64,000 nucleotides of DNA from Bdellovibrionia bacterium (GCA_040399745.1 JBBARP010000001.1:298617-362616); one strand, 5' to 3'. Shown: positions 47,300-57,731, counted from the stretch's first letter. Program-made: numbers and translations. Notes: generated from the letters alone by a model not told the origin.

Positions 47300-48354
47300 A
47301 GCAATTCCGAAGCGAAGGCTGCACTTCTTACGCGCTCGTCGACGCGGCCACTCGCGAAGTGGCTTTTATCGATCCGCATTTGGATCTCCTGTCCCAGTAC
47401 CGCGACTTCATTCGCGAGAAACAGCTTTTGCCGCGCTGGGCGCTGGAAACGCACACGCACTCAGACCACCCTTCGGCAAGCCATGCACTTCGCGAAGAGT
47501 TTCACCTTCGTGTTGCGGGTGGTGCGGGTCTCGGCGAGCGAGTCGATGCGGTGCTTTCAGATCGACAAGTGCTTCGCCTAGGCGGCCTTGAGATTCAGGT
47601 ACTCGCAACACCTGGGCACACTGCCGATTCGGTTTGTTACGCCGTCCAGAATCTTCTTTTTACCGGTGACACCCTTTTAGTGGGCGGCAGTGGAAAGTGG
47701 GACCATCCGGAAGGGAACCCAGGCCAGCTTTGGCAAAGTTGGAATGAGGCTCTGGCTGGGCTTTCGGGCGATACGCTGGTTCTTCCGTCGCACGGCTGCT
47801 CTGGCCATTTGTTTTCTACGCTCTCTACCGAGCGAAAGCGAAACCCCGAGTGGCTTCTGGGTTCAGGGGTTTCACTGCGCGAGCATAAGCTTCACGAACT
47901 TCGCGAGCCCGTTCCTGAATCGGTCATTCGTCACATGAATTTCAATCGCGCTCGAAATCCACTGCCAGAAGCACGCGAGAGAAACCTAGGCGGCGCTTGG
48001 GTGTGTTCTGCCGCAGCTCCCGAGCTCGACCCGGTGACTGTTATGGGCGTCGACAAATTTGAGCGAGCTTGGCGGAAGCGCGATTCCTCGGCTCGTGTTT
48101 TAGATGTTCGGGAAGCCGCCGAATTTGAGAAGTACCGCCTTCCAGGGTCAGAGCGCATTTCGCTGTCAGAACTTGGGCTGATTTTGCCGGAACTGAGAAA
48201 GGCTTCGAAGATTTTCCTCGTTTGCCAATCGGGTAGGCGCAGCCTGAACGCCGCGCAAACTTTGGCGTACGTCGGAATCGGGCAGTGCGTGCAACTTCAA
48301 GGCGGCCTTCAAGCTTGGAAACAAGCAGGACAAGAAGCAGAGGAATCTCAGTGA
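47284..48354 (+). CDS. MBL-fold persulfide-dioxygenase-like/rhodanese fusion
   Basis: GCTSY, ETHTHSDH, TPGHT, FTGDTLL; rhodanese LDVRE...VCQSGRRS...LQGGLQAW. Confidence 0.88.
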   Translation: MHFSLKQFRSEGCTSYALVDAATREVAFIDPHLDLLSQYRDFIREKQLLPRWALETHTHSDHPSASHALREEFHLRVAGGAGLGERVDAVLSDRQVLRLGGLEIQVLATPGHTADSVCYAVQNLLFTGDTLLVGGSGKWDHPEGNPGQLWQSWNEALAGLSGDTLVLPSHGCSGHLFSTLSTERKRNPEWLLGSGVSLREHKLHELREPVPESVIRHMNFNRARNPLPEARERNLGGAWVCSAAAPELDPVTVMGVDKFERAWRKRDSSARVLDVREAAEFEKYRLPGSERISLSELGLILPELRKASKIFLVCQSGRRSLNAAQTLAYVGIGQCVQLQGGLQAWKQAGQEAEESQ

Positions 48355-49490
48355 AAGTCTCAAAAATTCTTCAGGCGCTCGAAGCAAAAGCTCCCACGGG
48401 GACTGCTGAAAGCTGGGACAACGTGGGCCTTTTGGTGGGAAATCCTGAGGCAGAGACCAGTGGTGCGGTGGTTTCAGTCGATCTGACTGAAGAAGCCATT
48501 GAGCTTGCGAAAAAGAAGCGCTGGAAACTGATCGTCAATCATCATCCGTGCATTTTTCCGAGGCAAAAGGGCCTCGCACGAGTGACCACAGGTCACGGAG
48601 CGAGCCCTTCTTCTCAGCTCGTGTATCGGGCCATTCGGGAAGGCATCTCGGTGGTGAGCTGCCACACGAACTTCGATCAGTGCTCACTCGAAGTGGTGCA
48701 TTCAGTTTCGCGCGCTTTGGGGGCCAAAGTTTCGGGGCGTTTGATCGAAGCGGGCGAAGGACAGCTTTTAAAACTCGTTGTTTTTGTCCCGCGAAGTCAC
48801 GCCGAGGCGGTTCGCGCAGCTATCTGCGCAGCCGGTGCAGGCCAAGTGGGCCAGTACGACGGATGCAGCTTTTCAGCGCTGGGTGAGGGCACGTTTCGCG
48901 GGGCATCCGACACCACGCCTTTCATCGGAACTCCGGGAACTTTAGAGCGAGTCGAGGAAATCCGGCTCGAAACCATTCTTCCTTCAGGCCTTCAAAAGCG
49001 AGTCGTTGCAGCGCTCCTGGAAGCGCACCCTTACGAAGAAGTGGCCTATGACCTCTATGCACTGGAGCAACCGGCGCGGGGATCAGGAGCGACTTTTGGC
49101 TTGGGCTACGGCTTTTGGGGCGACCTAGAAAAGCCCTGCTCGTTTGGCGTGTTTGCTCAGCGCATTCGAAAAGCGTTTGGGGTGAATGCTTTTCTCGCCT
49201 CAGAACCTCGTCCGAAGCAGGTTCGTCGCGTGGCGTTTTCGCCTGGAAAAGGGTCGTCTTTCATTGGTGCAGCCGCTCAGGCAGGCTGCGACGTCTACAT
49301 CACGGGGGAAGCGGGCTACCACGCCCAGCTCGAAGGAGCGCGTCGCGGCGTGACCTTGGTGGAGCTCGGGCACCGCGAGAGCGAGCGTTTTTATCTTTCC
49401 ACGATGAAAAGCTGGCTCGAGCAGATGGGCCTTGCTGCTCAGGCGCTCGATCAGCCCACACAGAGTATCTGGGTTTCTCAGAAAGGCTGA
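48351..49490 (+). CDS. Nif3-like dinuclear metal-centre hexameric protein with PII-like insert
   Basis: WDNVGLLVG, NHHP, HTNFD, KLVVFVP, HPYEEVAYD, GHRESE. Confidence 0.94.
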   Translation: MKVSKILQALEAKAPTGTAESWDNVGLLVGNPEAETSGAVVSVDLTEEAIELAKKKRWKLIVNHHPCIFPRQKGLARVTTGHGASPSSQLVYRAIREGISVVSCHTNFDQCSLEVVHSVSRALGAKVSGRLIEAGEGQLLKLVVFVPRSHAEAVRAAICAAGAGQVGQYDGCSFSALGEGTFRGASDTTPFIGTPGTLERVEEIRLETILPSGLQKRVVAALLEAHPYEEVAYDLYALEQPARGSGATFGLGYGFWGDLEKPCSFGVFAQRIRKAFGVNAFLASEPRPKQVRRVAFSPGKGSSFIGAAAQAGCDVYITGEAGYHAQLEGARRGVTLVELGHRESERFYLSTMKSWLEQMGLAAQALDQPTQSIWVSQKG

Positions 49491-49591
49491 CGATCCAAGC
49501 CTCTGGCCCGATTTCCGCTTAGGTTGGGCTTTCCCGGGGTTGCATCGCCGGGGAATCCAGTCCATAGACTGAAGTCGGTTCTTTGAAAGAT

Positions 49592-49988
49592 TCGCGCGGG
49601 ACGGGTGATCGCTGGCTTTGGACTTCGGTTCAAGGCGGGAGGAAAGTCCGGGCTCCATAGGGCAAGGTACTGGTTAACGGCCAGGCACTTAGCGGGGAAC
49701 CGCTGGGTGACGGACAGTGCAACAGAAAGCAAACCGCCGCGGGCCTTCGGGCTTCGCGGTAAGGGTGAAAGGGTGAGGTAAGAGCTCACCGCGCTTCCGG
49801 TGACGGAAGTGGCACGGCAAACCCTACCTGGTGCAAGGTCAAATAGGGAGGACATAGGCTGGCTCCGGCCATCTGCCTCCGGGTAAGACCGCTGGAATCG
49901 GCGAGCAATCGCCGATCGAGAGGAATGATCGCCTCCGATACTCTTTGCGGAGTGTCGAAGACAGAACCCGGCTTACAGTCCCGCGCGA
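49592..49988 (+). ncRNA. rnpB: RNase P RNA, bacterial type A
   Basis: GAGGAAAGTCCGGGCTC, AGTGCAACAGAAAGCAAACCGCC, GGTAAGGGTGAAAGGGTG, GGCAAACCC and ACAGAACCCGGCTTA; P1 stem tcgcgcgggac/gtcccgcgcga. Confidence 0.97.
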
Positions 49989-50090
49989 TATTTTTTCATC
50001 CACGACTGAACGAAAATGAGTGGCTCGCTGTTGCTGAAGCCGCCCGTCCATGACATTTTCTCCTTCACCAGGGATCTGGAAAAAGGGGGA

Positions 50091-50999
50091 ATGGGGATGT
50101 TCCAACGAATCGTGCGTGGGCTTGCGTTCATCGGTTGCGGGGTTTTGGCTTGGGGCGGCGTTTCCGCTGAAGCGGCTTTTCGCAATTACGCAGAAATTCA
50201 GCAAGGCATGCGCGATTTGGCAGCGAAGTATCCCGCCTCGGCGCAAATCTTCATTCTGACCAAGAATGACTCAGGCCAAACCATCGAAGGCCTACGCATT
50301 GGGTCGGGCTCGGTGCGGAACTTGGTGGTGGCCACGCACCACGGCAATGAATACGGCTCAACCGAAGTGGCTATGGCGTTTGCGGCTTCGGTGGCTCAAG
50401 CCCCGCTGACGGGCCAAACCCTATTTGTCATTCCGGTGCTGAACATCCCTGGCTTCAATGCTCGGAGTCGCTGGGAGCCCCTCCAAGGGCGAAGCTTGGA
50501 TCCGAATCGCGATTATCCAGGACCTTGCGGTACCGACGGACCGTTTCGTCTGAAGAGCACGCGCGCTTTGGCCGACTTCCTCGAGCGCGAGCAAATCGTG
50601 GCTTCAGCGACTCTGCACACCTATTCTCCAGCGGTTGTGTACCCCTGGGGAATGTCGACGCACGATCTTTCAACCCCTTACGACGACTTGTTTGCGGGCC
50701 TTTGCAAAGCAGCCACCGTCGAGAGCGGCTACGCTTCCGGAAACAACACCCAGCTGATTTATCCTGCCGATGGCACGTTTGAAGACTACGCCTTCTGGAA
50801 ACACGGCGTGTGGTCGATCCTGTTTGAGCTGGGCTATAGCCACAATCCGAATCCGGGCGCGGTCGACCAGATGGTCAAAGTCAACGTACCGGGCCTTCGC
50901 CGGATGTTCGAGCAGACGCCGCGCGAGCGAGCTGAACGCCACGACTTCAACGGAAAATGCGACGCTCGCTTGAAAGCTTTCGATCTTCGAACGGAGTGA
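50091..50999 (+). CDS. Secreted M14 zinc carboxypeptidase
   Basis: Signal peptide ending AEA; HHGNE (HxxE), DPNRDY, TLHTY, ILFELG. Confidence 0.88.
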   Translation: MGMFQRIVRGLAFIGCGVLAWGGVSAEAAFRNYAEIQQGMRDLAAKYPASAQIFILTKNDSGQTIEGLRIGSGSVRNLVVATHHGNEYGSTEVAMAFAASVAQAPLTGQTLFVIPVLNIPGFNARSRWEPLQGRSLDPNRDYPGPCGTDGPFRLKSTRALADFLEREQIVASATLHTYSPAVVYPWGMSTHDLSTPYDDLFAGLCKAATVESGYASGNNTQLIYPADGTFEDYAFWKHGVWSILFELGYSHNPNPGAVDQMVKVNVPGLRRMFEQTPRERAERHDFNGKCDARLKAFDLRTE

Positions 51000-51023
51000 A
51001 GACTGGGGTAAGCCAAAGCCTTC

Positions 51024-51464
51024 ATGACTTCATCTTTTCGAATTCGTCCTGAACTTCTGGGTTGGCGCGTTCCCGAATCCTTACGGAATGATCAGCCAGC
51101 TTGGGGTCCGGGTAAAACGGGCGAGCGGGTGGATTTCCTGATCGTTGCCCCTTGGTGCCCGGACTGCCAGATCCTTGCTCAAGATCGATCCTGGGAGGCG
51201 TTTCGGCGCCCGGGTGTCCAGTCGTGGCTGGTTGTCGAGTTTGCGCCTGAAAGGGATGCTTTGAAGTTTCGGGAGGCTTTGGGGCTAGATTGGCCACTCC
51301 TTTCCGGAACTGCTGAGAAGTCGAGAGTGGCTTGGGTCCAGGCGCGCTTCCGTCAAATCCGATCAGCCTACGGCGACGATCGAAACTGGGGGCTCCCCAC
51401 CTGGGTATCGGCCCACTGGGAGCACGGAGACCTGGTGGTTGAGCGCTTTGAAACCAATTTCTGA
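51024..51464 (+). CDS. Thioredoxin-fold hypothetical protein
   Basis: APWCPDC motif and a later GLPT cis-Pro-like motif. Confidence 0.6.
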   Translation: MTSSFRIRPELLGWRVPESLRNDQPAWGPGKTGERVDFLIVAPWCPDCQILAQDRSWEAFRRPGVQSWLVVEFAPERDALKFREALGLDWPLLSGTAEKSRVAWVQARFRQIRSAYGDDRNWGLPTWVSAHWEHGDLVVERFETNF

Positions 51465-51500
51465 TTGAGCGCGTCAGGAATAGGTGGTAAGGCCCTGCCC

Positions 51501-53516
51501 ATGCGCTCATGGGGTGTTTCCGATTCCTTGAAGACCTACAACATTGAGAACTGGGGCGACCAGTATTTCTCAATTAATCCAGCAGGTAACATGACGGTCC
51601 ACCCGCGCCGAGGCGAGGGTCCGGGCATCGACATGATGGCTGTGATCGAGGAAGTGCGTTCCCAGAACGTGAACGTCCCGGTCTTGATTCGCTTCCAGGA
51701 CATCTTGCGCCATCGCGTTGTCTCTTTGAACGAGGCTTTCCGGAAGTCGATCGCCGAGTTTGGCTACAAAGGGAAGTACCAGGGCGTTTACCCGATCAAG
51801 GTCAACCAGATGCGCGAAGTCGTCGAAGAAATCGTCGATGCAGGACGCGCTTTTGATTACGGTTTGGAAGCAGGCTCCAAAGGCGAACTCGTCGCCGTTC
51901 TGAGCATGCCCACTTCGCCCGATTCCTTGATTTTGTGTAACGGCTTCAAGGACTACTCCTTCATCAAGACCGCGCTCATGGGCCAGAAAATGGGCAAGCG
52001 GGTCATCATCATTGTCGAGAAGCTGACCGAGCTTTATCAAATCATCGCAGTTGCAAAAGAGCTCGGCGTTTCGCCGCAAGTGGGCATTCGCTGCAAGCTC
52101 TACTCAAAAGGTTCCGGCAAGTGGGAGTCGAGCGGGGGAGAAGGCGCAAAATTCGGCCTGACTACGCCCGAAATCCTGCACGCCATTCAAGTGTTGAAGC
52201 AAGAAGGCCTCCAAGACGCCATCAAGCTCATTCACTTCCACATCGGCTCGCAAATCACGAACATCCGCACGGTGAAAGACGCCGTGAAGGAAGGCACCCG
52301 CATTTACGCCAAGATGCGGAAGATGGGCCTGAACGTCGAGTTCTTGGATTGCGGCGGCGGCTTGGGTGTCGATTACGACGGCTCACGAACCAGCTTCGAG
52401 AGCTCGATCAACTACTCGCTAGCCGAGTACGTGACGGACGTCGTCTATTCGATTCAGGAAGTGTGTCAGGCCGAGGAAGTTCCCGAGCCGAACATTGTCT
52501 CCGAGTCGGGTCGCGCCATCGCTGCTCACCATTCGGTTCTCGTCGTGAACGTTTTCGGTTCGATCGAAGTGGGCGCAACGCCCATGAACTTCGATGAAAC
52601 TCCGGATGAAGACGATGTGGTGAAGGAAATGCGCTACCTGCGCCAGAACCTCACCGCGAAAAACTTGCTCGAGCACTTCCACGACGCCGTTCAACGAAAA
52701 GAAGAAGCGCTGTCGATGTTCAAACTCGGCTTCTTGTCACTCGAAGACAAAGCCAAGGTGGAGCACCTGTTCTGGCAAATTTGCAAAGTCATCCACAAGA
52801 ACTCGATCGGCTTGAAGTACGTGCCGGATGAAGTGGAAGCTTTGAACAAAGCTTTGGCAGATCAGTATCTGTGCAATTTCTCGATCTTCCAATCGATGCC
52901 CGATCATTGGGCCATTCAGCAGCTTTTCCCGATCGTGCCGCTACATCGTCATGACGAAGAGCCGTCCAAGACGGCCACTTTAGTCGACATCACCTGCGAC
53001 TCGGACGGCAAGATCAACAAGTTCATCGATCTTCGCGACATCAAAGAGACGTTGCCGCTTCATCCGCTCCGTCCGAACGAGCCTTACTACTTGGGCTTCT
53101 TCTTGGTCGGCGCTTATCAGGACATCATGGGTGACCTGCACAACTTGTTCGGTCGCGTGAACGAAGTGCACGTCTTCTTGGATGAAACCGAGCCCGGCGG
53201 CTACTACATCGAGGAAGTGATTCAAGGGAACAACATTGCGAGCGTGTTGTCTTGGATTCAGTACTCGACGACTGATCTGGCCAAGAGCATCAAGAGCCAG
53301 CTTGATCAGAAGGTTCGTGAAGGCTTGATCAAGCCGCGCGAAGGCGTTGAGCTTCAGAATTTCTATGAAGAAACGCTCCATGGGTATACCTACATGGACG
53401 TTGAGCGCCGTTCGCGGCATTTGGTGCAGTACGATGAAAACCCGGCGGATGGATCTGGACTGGCCAAAGGAATCGGAGGCCAACCGGCCGCCAGTCCTTT
53501 GGAACCCAGACTATGA
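51501..53516 (+). CDS. speA: Biosynthetic arginine decarboxylase
   Basis: GVYPIKVNQ, GLEAGSKGE, HFHIGSQI, GGGLGVDYDG, SESGRA, DITCDSDG, GAYQDIMGDLHNLFG. Confidence 0.97.
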   Translation: MRSWGVSDSLKTYNIENWGDQYFSINPAGNMTVHPRRGEGPGIDMMAVIEEVRSQNVNVPVLIRFQDILRHRVVSLNEAFRKSIAEFGYKGKYQGVYPIKVNQMREVVEEIVDAGRAFDYGLEAGSKGELVAVLSMPTSPDSLILCNGFKDYSFIKTALMGQKMGKRVIIIVEKLTELYQIIAVAKELGVSPQVGIRCKLYSKGSGKWESSGGEGAKFGLTTPEILHAIQVLKQEGLQDAIKLIHFHIGSQITNIRTVKDAVKEGTRIYAKMRKMGLNVEFLDCGGGLGVDYDGSRTSFESSINYSLAEYVTDVVYSIQEVCQAEEVPEPNIVSESGRAIAAHHSVLVVNVFGSIEVGATPMNFDETPDEDDVVKEMRYLRQNLTAKNLLEHFHDAVQRKEEALSMFKLGFLSLEDKAKVEHLFWQICKVIHKNSIGLKYVPDEVEALNKALADQYLCNFSIFQSMPDHWAIQQLFPIVPLHRHDEEPSKTATLVDITCDSDGKINKFIDLRDIKETLPLHPLRPNEPYYLGFFLVGAYQDIMGDLHNLFGRVNEVHVFLDETEPGGYYIEEVIQGNNIASVLSWIQYSTTDLAKSIKSQLDQKVREGLIKPREGVELQNFYEETLHGYTYMDVERRSRHLVQYDENPADGSGLAKGIGGQPAASPLEPRL

Positions 53517-54607
53517 AGCTGCTGAACGAAGGTTTTGACCACGTCGAGTTTGTTTCCCGCCGAATCGGAACCCTAGCGCCCACGTTTGAGCGCATGGGTT
53601 TTCAGAATGTGGGAGCCCGCGAGAATTCGCAGGAAGCCACGCGAAGCGTGCTTTACCAGCAAGGGCGCATCCGCATCCTGATCACCGAACCTTCTTCCAG
53701 TGAAGCATCCTCCAAAAGCAACTCGGTCAAATTCCTGAACGCGCAAGATGAAGGCATCTGCGTGTTGGCTCTCGAAGTGGACAACGCGGCCGAGTGGTTT
53801 CAGACTTCGGTAGCGCGCGGCGCGCGTCCGGCTCTTGAGCCCCAGACCTTCGTGACCCCGCAAGGCAAAGTGGTTCGCGCAGAAGTGTGGACGCCCGGAA
53901 ACGTGCGCTACGCATTCATTCAGCGTGAATCTTCGGGTTCCTGGGATCAGCCGGCACTCTTTGACGGAGGCCTGGTGGCTGAACGTCTGGAGAGTCCTTC
54001 GCCCCTGAACCTGTACCGAATCGATCATCTGACCAACAACGTGAACATCGGCGAGATGTCTCAGTGGGTCGATTTCTATAAAAAATGTTTCGGATTCACG
54101 GTTACCCGTTCCTTCAAGATCTCGACCGGTCGCACGGGCCTGATCTCGGACGTGGTGGAGTCGCCCTGTCGCCGAGTGAAAGTGCCGATCAACGAGGCTT
54201 CCGAGCCGGCCTCTCAGGTGCAGGAATTCTGTAACCGGATGAAGGGAAGTGGCGTTCAGCACTTGGCACTCGAAACAACGGGGCTCATTGATACGCTCCA
54301 GACCCTGCGCTCGCGTGCTTTCAAGTTTCTGAAAGTACCCAAGTCCTACTACGAGCAAGTCCCCACCCGGGTTCCCGGCGTGACCGAGGACCTCGCTCTG
54401 CTAGAAGACTTAGGCATCCTGCTGGATGGCGAGACGGGTTACGGAAAGTACCTGCTTCAGATCTTCGGTGAGGAGATCCTCGGGCCATTCTTCTTTGAGT
54501 ACATTCAGCGAAAAGGCGACCCGGGCTTCGGAGAAGGGAACTTTAAAGCCCTGTTCGAGGCCATCGAACGGGATCAGGTGCGCCGGGGCGTTCTAACTTC
54601 GGGCTAA
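53513..54607 (+). CDS. hppD: 4-hydroxyphenylpyruvate dioxygenase
   Basis: IDHLTNNV, PINE, SQVQEF, GVQHLAL, FFEYIQRKGDPGFGEGNFKALFEAIERDQ. Confidence 0.93.
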   Translation: MKLLNEGFDHVEFVSRRIGTLAPTFERMGFQNVGARENSQEATRSVLYQQGRIRILITEPSSSEASSKSNSVKFLNAQDEGICVLALEVDNAAEWFQTSVARGARPALEPQTFVTPQGKVVRAEVWTPGNVRYAFIQRESSGSWDQPALFDGGLVAERLESPSPLNLYRIDHLTNNVNIGEMSQWVDFYKKCFGFTVTRSFKISTGRTGLISDVVESPCRRVKVPINEASEPASQVQEFCNRMKGSGVQHLALETTGLIDTLQTLRSRAFKFLKVPKSYYEQVPTRVPGVTEDLALLEDLGILLDGETGYGKYLLQIFGEEILGPFFFEYIQRKGDPGFGEGNFKALFEAIERDQVRRGVLTSG

Positions 54608-54648
54608 GCTTGAGGTTTTCGGGGCAACCCGATACAGTGCGTCGCATT

Positions 54649-55971
54649 ATGTTGCTCAGCCAAGCGCCTGATTTCTTCAAGTCCCGCCGTGACCGTCTGA
54701 TGAAAGCGAACCCCACGTCGGCGTTCCTTTTTGCGTCGAACCGCGAATTCGTTCGCAATCCGGATGTGGAGTACCCTTTCCGTCAGGAGAGCAACTTTCA
54801 TTACCTTTCGGGTTTCCCTGAGCCTGAGTCTTTTTTGGTCATCGCACCGAGCGGCAAAGCCGGACAATCTTACCGATCCATTCTTTTCGTTCGTCGTAAG
54901 AACGTTGAAAAAGAAATGTGGGAAGGCGCGCGCTACGGAGTAGAAGCCGCAGCTCAAGTTTTCGGAATGGACGAAAGTTATCCGATCGACGAACTCGAGA
55001 AGAAGCTGCCTGAGCTCCTTCAAGGTTCCGAGAAAGTGCACTACCGCCTGGGCATCGACGACAAGATGGATCGTCTTGTGCTGGGCGCGATGGAAAGCGC
55101 ACGTCGCAGTCTGGGCCGCACAGGGCGTTCGCTGACTCAGGTGGCTGACCCGAATGAAGTGGTCGGCGAGATGCGCCTTTTCAAAGCACCGGAAGAAATC
55201 GACTACCTCCGCAAGGCTTGTCAGATCACTGCAGAAGCGCACAAGCTAGCGATGCAAGAAGTGCGTTCTGGAATGAACGAATACGAAGTCGAAGCGCTCG
55301 TGGACTACACGTTCCGGCGCCATGGCTGTCAGCGCCTGGGCTACGGCTCGATCGTTGCCGGCGGCAAAAACGCCACGTGTTTGCACTACCGTGGCAACAA
55401 TCAACCGCTTCGCGATGGCGATCTTCTTCTGATCGATGCGGGCGGTGAGTTTGAGTACTACACCTCCGACATCACCCGAACTTTCCCGATCGGGAAGCGC
55501 TTCAGCCCAGCTCAAGCCGAGATCTACGATCTGGTTCTGAAAGCTCAGATGGCGGTTCTCGATGTTGCCAAACCCGGCACTCGTTACTCAGAAATGCATC
55601 GCATTGCTTGCGAAGTTCTGACCGACGGCATGCTCTCGATGGGCCTGATGAAGGGCAAGCGTGACGAGCTGATCAAGAGTGGCGGCTTCCGTCGCTTCTA
55701 TCCGCACGGCACGGGCCACTTCCTGGGAATGGATGTGCACGATGTGGGTCTCTACCAGAAGAACGGCGAAAGTCGCGTTCTGGAAGCAGGCATGGTGTTC
55801 ACGGTGGAGCCAGGCTTCTACGTGCAGCCCGGCGACATGGACGCTCCCGAGAAGTACCGCGATATCGGCATTCGTATCGAGGACGACATTTTGGTGACCG
55901 CGAAGGGTCACGAAGTTTTGACTGCGGGAGTTCCGAAAAAGCGTGAGGAGATCGAAGCCCTTCGCGGCTGA
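54649..55971 (+). CDS. pepP: Xaa-Pro aminopeptidase
   Basis: YPFRQESNF, LIDAG, SDITRTFP, HGTGHFLGMDVHD, TVEPG, GIRIEDD. Confidence 0.95.
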   Translation: MLLSQAPDFFKSRRDRLMKANPTSAFLFASNREFVRNPDVEYPFRQESNFHYLSGFPEPESFLVIAPSGKAGQSYRSILFVRRKNVEKEMWEGARYGVEAAAQVFGMDESYPIDELEKKLPELLQGSEKVHYRLGIDDKMDRLVLGAMESARRSLGRTGRSLTQVADPNEVVGEMRLFKAPEEIDYLRKACQITAEAHKLAMQEVRSGMNEYEVEALVDYTFRRHGCQRLGYGSIVAGGKNATCLHYRGNNQPLRDGDLLLIDAGGEFEYYTSDITRTFPIGKRFSPAQAEIYDLVLKAQMAVLDVAKPGTRYSEMHRIACEVLTDGMLSMGLMKGKRDELIKSGGFRRFYPHGTGHFLGMDVHDVGLYQKNGESRVLEAGMVFTVEPGFYVQPGDMDAPEKYRDIGIRIEDDILVTAKGHEVLTAGVPKKREEIEALRG

Positions 55972-56027
55972 TCGGACGGGGCTTTCCCTCCGACAGGTTG
56001 CGAGGCATCGCGCTGAGACGGTTTTTT

Positions 56028-57059
56028 ATGGCAGTACCTCCGATTCAGCTCGGTCCCTTTCAAGTCGAGCATCCCTTTATCCTGGCGCCGATGGCGGGAA
56101 TCACAAATTCCCCGTTTCGACGCTTGATGAAGCGGATGGGGTCTTCGGTCGTGATCTCAGAACTCGTGTCGGCCAACGGCATCGAGTACATGGGCAACAA
56201 GACGCTCGACCTTCTCAAGTTCCATGAAGAGGAACGGAAAGTCGGCTTACAGATCTTCGGAGAAAACCCCGAGCGTCTGGTGAATGCTTCTCAATACGTC
56301 GAAAAGCTTGGCGCCGACTTTGTCGATCTGAACTTGGGTTGTCCGGTTCCAAAAGTTGTGAAAAACGGCGCGGGTTCCGCCATGTGCCGGGATCCGAAGT
56401 CACTTGGAAAAACCCTGGCCGAAATGGTGAAGGCCGTAAAAATTCCAGTGACGATCAAGATTCGGACGGGCTGGGATTCGGAGAGTCGAAACGCGCTCGA
56501 TGTGGTGCGTGTGGCGGCCGACGCCGGCGTGGGCTGGGTGGCCATTCACGGTCGGACGCGGGCTCAAGGCTACAGCGGGCAGGCCGATTGGGATTTCATT
56601 GGCGATATTAAAGCGAAGAGCCCGATTCCCATCATTGGCAACGGAGACATCCTGACGGGCGAGGACGCAGTCATGAAAGTGCGTACCTACGGAGTCGATG
56701 CGGTCCTGATCGGTCGGGGAGCTCTGAGAAACCCATTCATGTTTGAGCAAGCCCGTGCGCTCTGGTTTGGACAGACTCCCCGTATTCCACGTGCGGACGA
56801 TTACGTGCACCTCTTGCTCGCCCAAAAACAACTGCTTCACGAAACCTACGAGCCGCGCGGGGCGATGATTCACTCTCGCAAATTCCTGGCCTGGTATTCT
56901 GCCGGGTTCCCGGGCTCAAGCGAGTTCAGGAAAAACGTCTTCGCCATTCCCGATCCCGAGCAGCTTTGGGATTCGGCCATCACTTTCTTCCGGACGGCGA
57001 CCGAGGGGCGTGATCTTGGGTTCATGCGCGAGGATTTTTTGATGGGCGGTCACGGCTGA
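56028..57059 (+). CDS. dusB: tRNA-dihydrouridine synthase
   Basis: LAPMAGIT, DLNLGCP, GAGSA, HGRTRAQ, GNGDI, IGRGALRNP. Confidence 0.92.
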   Translation: MAVPPIQLGPFQVEHPFILAPMAGITNSPFRRLMKRMGSSVVISELVSANGIEYMGNKTLDLLKFHEEERKVGLQIFGENPERLVNASQYVEKLGADFVDLNLGCPVPKVVKNGAGSAMCRDPKSLGKTLAEMVKAVKIPVTIKIRTGWDSESRNALDVVRVAADAGVGWVAIHGRTRAQGYSGQADWDFIGDIKAKSPIPIIGNGDILTGEDAVMKVRTYGVDAVLIGRGALRNPFMFEQARALWFGQTPRIPRADDYVHLLLAQKQLLHETYEPRGAMIHSRKFLAWYSAGFPGSSEFRKNVFAIPDPEQLWDSAITFFRTATEGRDLGFMREDFLMGGHG

Positions 57060-57080
57060 TCAGAGTTAGGGTCCGCAGCT

Positions 57081-57731
57081 ATGGATCTTCAACTCATCAG
57101 CTTTCCGCTTTGTCCTTACGTTCAGCGCGCGATCATCACGCTTCTCTACAAGAAGGTGCCGCACCGAGTGACTTTGGTCGATCTGGCCAATCCTCCGGAA
57201 TGGTTTCAGGAGAAATCGCCTACCGGGCGGGTTCCACTTTTGATTGTCGACCGAAAGACCGTTCTCTTTGAATCGGCCGTGATCAATGAGTACTTGGATG
57301 AAATTTCGAGTCCTCCGCTTTCTGTGAAAGATCCGCTCCGCAAAGCTTTGGAGCGCGGCTGGGTGGAGTACGGATCAGCCCTTTTGGGCGCCATGTACGG
57401 GATGGTCTACCAAGAAGACGCCGCCGCTTTGGAGAACGAGATTCAGGAATTCTTCTCCGATCTCGTGCGAGTTGAAGGTGTGCTTTCGCCCTCCGGGCCT
57501 TACTTCCGGGGCGCTGACTTGAGTCTAGTCGATACGGCGTGGGCCCCGATCTTTGCGCGCCTAGAAGCAACACCGAAGCTTTGGAATCACGCGGCTTGGG
57601 CTTCGATGCCTCGGACGCGCGCTTGGGCTGAAGCGCTGCTCCAAGTTCCTGCGGTCAAGGAGTCGGTGGCGGCTGACTTCAAGGATCAGTACGTCTCTTA
57701 CGTCAAAAAGGCTGGGGGACATCTGGTGTGA
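57081..57731 (+). CDS. Glutathione S-transferase family protein
   Basis: CPYVQR, SPTGRVP, LFESAVINEYLDE, SLVD. Confidence 0.94.
   Translation: MDLQLISFPLCPYVQRAIITLLYKKVPHRVTLVDLANPPEWFQEKSPTGRVPLLIVDRKTVLFESAVINEYLDEISSPPLSVKDPLRKALERGWVEYGSALLGAMYGMVYQEDAAALENEIQEFFSDLVRVEGVLSPSGPYFRGADLSLVDTAWAPIFARLEATPKLWNHAAWASMPRTRAWAEALLQVPAVKESVAADFKDQYVSYVKKAGGHLV

Noticed and set aside
44975..47300. Integrative element or prophage at the tRNA
   Set aside because: No integrase or phage genes, and I found no duplicated tRNA 3' end (att site) by eye.
49478..50090. Short ORFs overlapping rnpB
   Set aside because: The region is explained by RNase P RNA.
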